A stretch of 64,000 nucleotides of DNA from Elusimicrobiota bacterium (GTDB lineage: Bacteria > Elusimicrobiota > Elusimicrobia > Elusimicrobiales > UBA9959): the NCBI GenBank assembly GCA_036574205.1, contig JAINCQ010000012.1, forward strand, positions 1-64,000, read 5' to 3'. Of this stretch, positions 58,638 through 64,000 are shown piece by piece (position 1 is the stretch's first letter; every line of letters starts with the position of its first letter). The notes beneath the pieces were generated by a model. That model was not told where the DNA came from and made no database searches. It saw only the letters and a program-made list of their open reading frames with translations. Made by a program: the position numbers and the translations under genes.

Positions 58638-59602
58638 TAATAAATCTCCATAATATAATTAACCAACCTTTCGCTTATAACATCAATAGTATTGTTTTTA
58701 ATAACATATGCATATCCCCTTTCAGCTATTTCTTTTCTTTCTTTCTCGTTGTTTAAGTAGTATTTTATTTTTTCCACCATATCATCATCTCCATCCGTAA
58801 AAACCATACAATCGCCCATAAGTTTCATTGCAGTTTCAGTTTTATCCGTAATTAGAAAACCTTTACATGCAATGACCTCATAGGTCCTTAACGTTATTAC
58901 ATCCCAATCAACACAATCTTGCGTAGTGCAATTTATATTAATCTTAGTACTTGAGTAAAGAAATGGTAAATCTTCTTGAGGAATTTTACCTCTTGAAACT
59001 TGAGAAAGGATTTTTTTATATTCTGGAACCTTTTTAAAATTTCTCCAGAATCTAAAACGATATTTAGAAGGCTTCCAATTTCCAAACAATCCAAAATTAA
59101 AATTTAAGGCTGGCATAATATATTTCCTAGTTCTATATTCCCCCTTAATATCATTTCCAACATAACACACCTCAAATTCAAACTCTTTTCTTACAGGTCT
59201 TGGATAAAAGAATTCAGTATCTACCCCAAAAGGAAGATATATCCCTTTATAGCCCTTGTTTATATGCATATCACATATCTTTTTTGAAATAAAAGCATAC
59301 CCATCATACCCTATCTTTTCAAATCTAATTAAGGCATTATCCGAACCTTCTGCATAAGCATTTTGCATATAAAGCACATGCCTTTTAGCAAGTTTCTCGA
59401 TAGGCAAGGTATCGTTTAAATATATTAAAACATCCAGTCTTTTAGAAGGTAAATAATTAGGGGCATACAAATCAACTTTTATGTCCGGAAATTTTTTTGA
59501 AATACTTTTAATAAGAGAATTTGCATATAACTCATCACCAATTACATTGCCTTTCAAATATCCTAAATCTTTAGGCCATTTAATATAAAAACCTATGTTC
59601 AT
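58637..59602 (-). CDS. CgeB-like (Glyco_trans_1_2) GT-B glycosyltransferase
   Basis: YLPFGVD..FFYP, V.YVGN, LFG.W, YSS.KININ, R.YE..AC.GFLITD, ...YYL....ER..IA..G. Confidence 0.85.
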   Translation of the reverse strand: MNIGFYIKWPKDLGYLKGNVIGDELYANSLIKSISKKFPDIKVDLYAPNYLPSKRLDVLIYLNDTLPIEKLAKRHVLYMQNAYAEGSDNALIRFEKIGYDGYAFISKKICDMHINKGYKGIYLPFGVDTEFFYPRPVRKEFEFEVCYVGNDIKGEYRTRKYIMPALNFNFGLFGNWKPSKYRFRFWRNFKKVPEYKKILSQVSRGKIPQEDLPFLYSSTKININCTTQDCVDWDVITLRTYEVIACKGFLITDKTETAMKLMGDCMVFTDGDDDMVEKIKYYLNNEKERKEIAERGYAYVIKNNTIDVISERLVNYIMEIY

Positions 59603-59610
59603 TTAATTCT

Positions 59611-60945
59611 CTATTTCGTTCTCTTAAAATAATCAAAATAAAAAAGTGACTTAAAAACTATAGCAGGATATCTCGCATCAACTTTGAAATATACTGGTAC
59701 AACAAACCCTGATATAATCTGCGCTATTATAGTAGCGAATGCCGCTCCTTTAATACCAAACCTATCTATTAATAAAAAGTTTAGAAAGATATTTGATCCA
59801 GCACCTATTAATGTAGCAATTAGAGAATTAGTTTGCTTATTATTAACCACCACTATTCTGCCGGTTATTGCTCCAAAAGCTATAAGCACACTATTCCATA
59901 TCAGTATCATCAAGACATCTTTAGCTGCATAATAAGGCATACCATATAACTTGACAATTACGAAAGTACTTAAGAATGTGATTATTACAGACAATATTAT
60001 AAACGCCCAACCTATAAAACCATAAAGGTTAAGGATTCTTTGATAATATAAGTTAATATCCACTTTCTTAGCATTTACAATAGCTGGGAAAACTGAGGTA
60101 GTTATAATCGTAGGTATAAAATACCAGATCTCACTCAATCTAACAGCTGCTGAATAAAGTCCAACTGATTTTTCGCCAAGCATATACTTTATCATTACCT
60201 GGTCAATCCTCATATATACCATTATAGCAAAAGAACTTAAAATTAATGGCCAGCTTTCCTTCAAAAAAACTTTAGCTATATTTTTATCAAAGTATTTTAA
60301 GAAATTTTTAGCAAAAGGCACATATCTCCTATAAACAATAAATAAAGATATTGAAAGTGTAATTATATCCAGCAATGTCACCAAAACAAACCAGAACAAA
60401 TCTGCTTTAATTAAAATTAAATATACCTTAATAATTGAAGAAATAAATAGTTGAATCATCTTTGATATGGAAACAAATTTTGCAAGAACTCTACTCTGGA
60501 AATAAAAATCTATAACTTCAAATGATTGAAAAAACATTCCTAAAGAAATTATAAGAATATAGATATTTGTCTGTTTATCATTGCCGGCAAAAAAAAGAAT
60601 TACAACAACTATTAAAAATGAAATACCACTACCAAAAAACTTAAGCCAGAATGATGTTCCAAGATATAGCTCAGCCTTTAAAGGTTCTTTAACAAGTTCA
60701 CGTACTACTATAGAATCAAGCCCTAATTTTGAGATAGACAAAAAAATTGATGAAAAAGCAAGAGCATAACTAAAAATCCCAAATTTTTCAGGACCTAAAT
60801 ATCTTGCAACCCACACCCCAACAAAAAAACCTGCTATAAGCCTTAATATGTTTTCTGCAAAAAGCCATATAGTATTTTTTGCATATCTTCTAAAACCTTC
60901 ATAGCTTATTATTTCTTCGAGTCTTAACTTTATTTCATCAATCAT
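59611..60945 (-). CDS. wzx: Wzx polysaccharide flippase
   Basis: KNT.WL....., ARYLGPE.FG, LGLD.IVVRE, ESWPL..S.....YMRIDQVM, VGLYSAAVR.SE, LN..LI..FG..GAA.AT. Confidence 0.93.
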   Translation of the reverse strand: MIDEIKLRLEEIISYEGFRRYAKNTIWLFAENILRLIAGFFVGVWVARYLGPEKFGIFSYALAFSSIFLSISKLGLDSIVVRELVKEPLKAELYLGTSFWLKFFGSGISFLIVVVILFFAGNDKQTNIYILIISLGMFFQSFEVIDFYFQSRVLAKFVSISKMIQLFISSIIKVYLILIKADLFWFVLVTLLDIITLSISLFIVYRRYVPFAKNFLKYFDKNIAKVFLKESWPLILSSFAIMVYMRIDQVMIKYMLGEKSVGLYSAAVRLSEIWYFIPTIITTSVFPAIVNAKKVDINLYYQRILNLYGFIGWAFIILSVIITFLSTFVIVKLYGMPYYAAKDVLMILIWNSVLIAFGAITGRIVVVNNKQTNSLIATLIGAGSNIFLNFLLIDRFGIKGAAFATIIAQIISGFVVPVYFKVDARYPAIVFKSLFYFDYFKRTK

Positions 60946-62009
60946 TTATTTAATAATTCAAGATATTCTTTATATGATTGTTTTATGCCTTCTTCAAGCG
61001 TTATCTCTGGCTTCCATCCCAATCCCTTTAATTTGCTTACATCAAGGAGTTTTTTGGGTGTTCCATCAGGCTTTGTTGTATCATATCTTATCTCACCATT
61101 AAAACCAACTATTCTCCTTATCATCTCAGCCAGATCTTTAAGCATTATATCCTCTCCACTCCCTATATTTATCAACTCCCCAATATCTTTATAATCATAA
61201 TTTTCCATTATAAACACACAAGCCCTCACCATGTCTCTTACATGAAGAAACTCTCTATAAACCTTGCCAGTTCCCCATATTAATACATAATCAGAATAAA
61301 CTCCAATAGAATTTAAAACCTTAACAATACTTTTTTCACTATTATAGTTTATCTCCTTATCAAGTCCAAAACCAATTGGATTTTTCTTTAAATCTCTAAC
61401 TATCCCATCAAAATCTCTTTTAGAAAGCAGATTAGCTAAATGAAATTTTCTTATCAAGGCTGGCAAAACGTGTGAGGTTTCTAAATTATATTTATCTCCT
61501 TTCCCATAAAGATTTGTTGGCATAACAGAAATAAAATTTGTTCCATACTGCGCATTATAATATCTACAAAGCTTTATAGCAGCTATCTTAGCAACGGCGT
61601 AGGCTTCATTAGTTGGCTCTAAATAACCACTTAATAAATACTCCTCTTTTAATGGCTGAGGAGCAAGTTTTGGATAAATGCAGGATGAGCCTAAGTTTAA
61701 AAGTTTCTTTACTCCATATTTATAGGCTGAATGAATTATATTAAGTGAAATTGCAAGATTATCATATATAAATTGAGCTGGATAGGTACTATTTGCTAAA
61801 ATTCCACCAACCCTTGCTGCCGCCAAGATAACATATTCAGGTTTGTTTTTTTCAAAAAAATCTTCAGTATCTTTTTGCCTTGTAAGATCAAGATCTTTAC
61901 TCGTCGAGTAAATTAGATTGGTATAACCTTTTTCTTTCAAAAATTCAAAAATATTGCTACCAACCAGTCCCCTATGACCAGCAATATAAACTTTAGAATA
62001 TTTATTCAT
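60942..62009 (-). CDS. fcl: GDP-L-fucose synthase
   Basis: AGHRGLVGS, LAAARVGGI.AN, LGSSCIYPK, LEPTNEAYA.AK, MPTNLYG, SHV.PALIRKFH, WGTG...REFLHV, PDGTP.KL. Confidence 0.96.
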   Translation of the reverse strand: MNKYSKVYIAGHRGLVGSNIFEFLKEKGYTNLIYSTSKDLDLTRQKDTEDFFEKNKPEYVILAAARVGGILANSTYPAQFIYDNLAISLNIIHSAYKYGVKKLLNLGSSCIYPKLAPQPLKEEYLLSGYLEPTNEAYAVAKIAAIKLCRYYNAQYGTNFISVMPTNLYGKGDKYNLETSHVLPALIRKFHLANLLSKRDFDGIVRDLKKNPIGFGLDKEINYNSEKSIVKVLNSIGVYSDYVLIWGTGKVYREFLHVRDMVRACVFIMENYDYKDIGELINIGSGEDIMLKDLAEMIRRIVGFNGEIRYDTTKPDGTPKKLLDVSKLKGLGWKPEITLEEGIKQSYKEYLELLNK

Positions 62010-62071
62010 AAAAACTCCAGAAATTTTCTATTAACATATTCCTGTGCTTTTAATTTTTATTAACATTTACT

Positions 62072-62080
62072 ATTTTAGCA
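62072..62080 (-). promoter_or_regulatory. Putative extended -10 promoter (TGCTAAAAT) of the fcl-wzx glycan operon
   Basis: Same 15-mer as upstream of nifJ, about 60 nt upstream of the fcl ATG. Confidence 0.4.
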
Positions 62081-62163
62081 TTTTTTAACAAGCCAGAGTT
62101 TGATTAATTTTGTAATTCCAAACTATATTGGTTTGATCTTAATAAGTTAATTATAATATCATT

Positions 62164-63933
62164 ATGATCAGTTTCTTGCCTATAACTGTAGAAGAAGTGA
62201 AAAGACTAAATTGGGATTATGTTGATGTTGTTTTAATAACCCCTGATGCTTATGTGGATCATCCAGGTTTTTCTATGGCTATTATTGGAAGGGTAATAGA
62301 ATCATATGGATATAGGGTAGCTATTTTATCCCAACCAGACTATAAAGATATAAAAGAATTTAAAAAATTTGGAAAACCAAGGCTATGCTTTGCTATATCC
62401 GGCGGGAATATGGATTCAATGATAAATAAGTATACACACAATAAAAAACGACGTTCGGAAGATGATTATTCTCCCGGAGGGAAACCTTCTAAAAGGCCTG
62501 ATAGAACAACTATCGTTTATTCCAACACAGCTAAAATGGCTTATAACGATGTCCCTATCATAATTGGTGGTATAGAAGCCACTATGAGAAGATTTGTTCA
62601 TTATGACTTCTGGAGTGACACTATAAAAAAACCAATACTCCTTGACTCAAAAGCAGATTTACTTGTATATGGAATGGCTGAAAAGTCAATAATTGAAATA
62701 CTCCAAAGGCTAAAAAACGGTGAAGATATAAGAAAAATAAGAGATATAAGAGGGACTGTTTTTAAATTAGGAGAAAAAGAAATAGCTAACTATTTAAACC
62801 AACAGGACATAATAGTACTTCCATCTTTTGAAGAAATAATAAAAGACAAGGACAATTTCTTAAAAATGACAAAAATAGTTTATGAAAATTTAAATCCTTA
62901 CTTGGCTAAAACACTGATTCAGATTTCAGACACTCGCGCAATAGTTTCAAATCCACCACAATTACCTCTTACCACAGAGGAAATTGATAGGATATATGAT
63001 CTTCCATTTACATATAAACCTCATCCATATTATAAAGAAAAAATACCAGCATATGAGACAGTAAAAAACTCTATTGTAATACATAGAGGATGTTTTGGAG
63101 GATGCAGTTTTTGTTCTCTTGCTTTCCATCAAGGAAAATTTATACAGAGTAGAAGCGAAAATTCAATAATTAAAGAAATAGAAAAACGCTCTAAAAATAA
63201 AAAGATTACTATAACGGATCTGGGTGGACCTTCAGCAAATATGTATAAAATATCTGCTAAAGACTTTGAAATATGCAAAAAATGCTCTAAAACTTCCTGT
63301 CTTCATCCTAAAATATGTAATAACCTTAACCTTGATTTTAAACCACTTTTAGACCTGATGAGAAAAGTAAAACATCATAAAAATGTAAAAAAAGTATTCA
63401 TTGCAAGTGGGATTAGAATGGACCTTGCTTTAAAATGCCCTGAGTATATAAAAGAAATAGCCTATTATCATACCAGTGGACAATTAAAAGTTGCGCCAGA
63501 ACATACTCAAAAAAACATTTTAGATTTAATGAAAAAACCAAATATTGAAGCCTTTATTGAATTTAAAAAGAACTTTAATGAATTTTCTAGGCACGCAAAT
63601 AAAGAGCAATATTTAGTAACATATTTTATTTCTGCTTTTCCAGGAACAACTTTAAATGATGCTATAGATATGGCAATTTTTTTAAAAAAGAACAACATCA
63701 AACCTCTTCAAATAAACGATTTTCTTCCAGCACCCGGGGAATATGCTACAGCAATGTATCTATGCCAGAAGGATTTACAAACTGGCAAAAAAATATATGT
63801 TCCCCAAAAAGAATCGGAAAGGAAACTTCATAGAGCATTGCTACAATATTTTAAAAAAGAAAACATTCCTTTAATTATAAAAGCTTTAAAAGTTACAAAT
63901 AGAACTAATCTAATAAAATTTTTTCTCCACTAA
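62164..63933 (+). CDS. ygiQ: YgiQ/UPF0313 family radical SAM protein
   Basis: DAYVDHP.F, GNMDSM...YT....R..D.YSPGG, GGIEA..RR..HYD.W, RGCFGGCSFC....HQG, DLGGPSANMY, SG.R.DL, LKVAPEH. Confidence 0.94.
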   Translation: MISFLPITVEEVKRLNWDYVDVVLITPDAYVDHPGFSMAIIGRVIESYGYRVAILSQPDYKDIKEFKKFGKPRLCFAISGGNMDSMINKYTHNKKRRSEDDYSPGGKPSKRPDRTTIVYSNTAKMAYNDVPIIIGGIEATMRRFVHYDFWSDTIKKPILLDSKADLLVYGMAEKSIIEILQRLKNGEDIRKIRDIRGTVFKLGEKEIANYLNQQDIIVLPSFEEIIKDKDNFLKMTKIVYENLNPYLAKTLIQISDTRAIVSNPPQLPLTTEEIDRIYDLPFTYKPHPYYKEKIPAYETVKNSIVIHRGCFGGCSFCSLAFHQGKFIQSRSENSIIKEIEKRSKNKKITITDLGGPSANMYKISAKDFEICKKCSKTSCLHPKICNNLNLDFKPLLDLMRKVKHHKNVKKVFIASGIRMDLALKCPEYIKEIAYYHTSGQLKVAPEHTQKNILDLMKKPNIEAFIEFKKNFNEFSRHANKEQYLVTYFISAFPGTTLNDAIDMAIFLKKNNIKPLQINDFLPAPGEYATAMYLCQKDLQTGKKIYVPQKESERKLHRALLQYFKKENIPLIIKALKVTNRTNLIKFFLH

Positions 63934-64000
63934 TTTTTTAAATACTCATCAAAATAACCTAACAAAATATTTCCATACTCAGCTATCAGTTTTTCATCAA
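63930..64000 (-). CDS. 3' end of a convergent CDS truncated by the window edge
   Basis: Open minus-strand frame ...DEKLIAEYGNILLGYFDEYLKN*, with its stop overlapping the ygiQ stop. Confidence 0.5.
   Translation of the reverse strand, partial: DEKLIAEYGNILLGYFDEYLKN

Noticed and set aside
62010..62163. ops/JUMPstart element upstream of the glycan operon
   Set aside because: No GGCGGTAG-like sequence on either strand
3539..63701. Many 60-110 aa ORFs antisense to long genes (e.g. 3539, 4838, 8705, 19052, 25192, 29231, 35376, 46333, 59684)
   Set aside because: Shadow ORFs lying opposite clearly conserved CDS, with no motif support
1..64000. Prophage, IS elements, defence systems, CRISPR-Cas, stop-codon recoding
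   Set aside because: No such genes recognised; ORFs tile the window with standard stops and expected lengths

Overview
A gene-dense, AT-rich bacterial chromosomal segment with about 52 complete CDS, one tRNA (Asn-GTT) and one CDS cut by the right edge. I see no CRISPR array, rRNA, integrase, transposase or prophage. The content points to an anaerobic, double-membraned, peptide- and nucleoside-scavenging organism: PFOR/NifJ, class II aldolase, a divergent transketolase, PepT, an M18 aminopeptidase, an M1+M28+PDZ fusion, an M4/M36 protease, asparaginase, RocD, NupC, DeoB and outer-membrane beta-barrels. An Elusimicrobiota-like origin is plausible but is only inference. Four things stand out. 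(1) An operon encodes a HEAT-repeat protein, a secreted metalloprotease ending in a FlgD-Ig/T9SS-type C-terminal domain, and a PorV/PorQ-like barrel, with a gldAFG-like ABC system nearby; this is a candidate T9SS-like cargo/shuttle system. (2) A 15.6 kb surface-glycan region contains a B12-dependent radical SAM enzyme, three class I methyltransferase domains (one fused to a polyprenol-phosphate sugar synthase) and tandem-duplicated GT-C enzymes. (3) A 50% GC, multi-hairpin non-coding element lies directly 3' of tRNA-Asn and begins with a split copy of the tRNA 3' end. (4) Smaller signals include a palindromic back-to-back promoter and a REP-like hairpin. All family calls come from reading motifs by eye, not from database searches.
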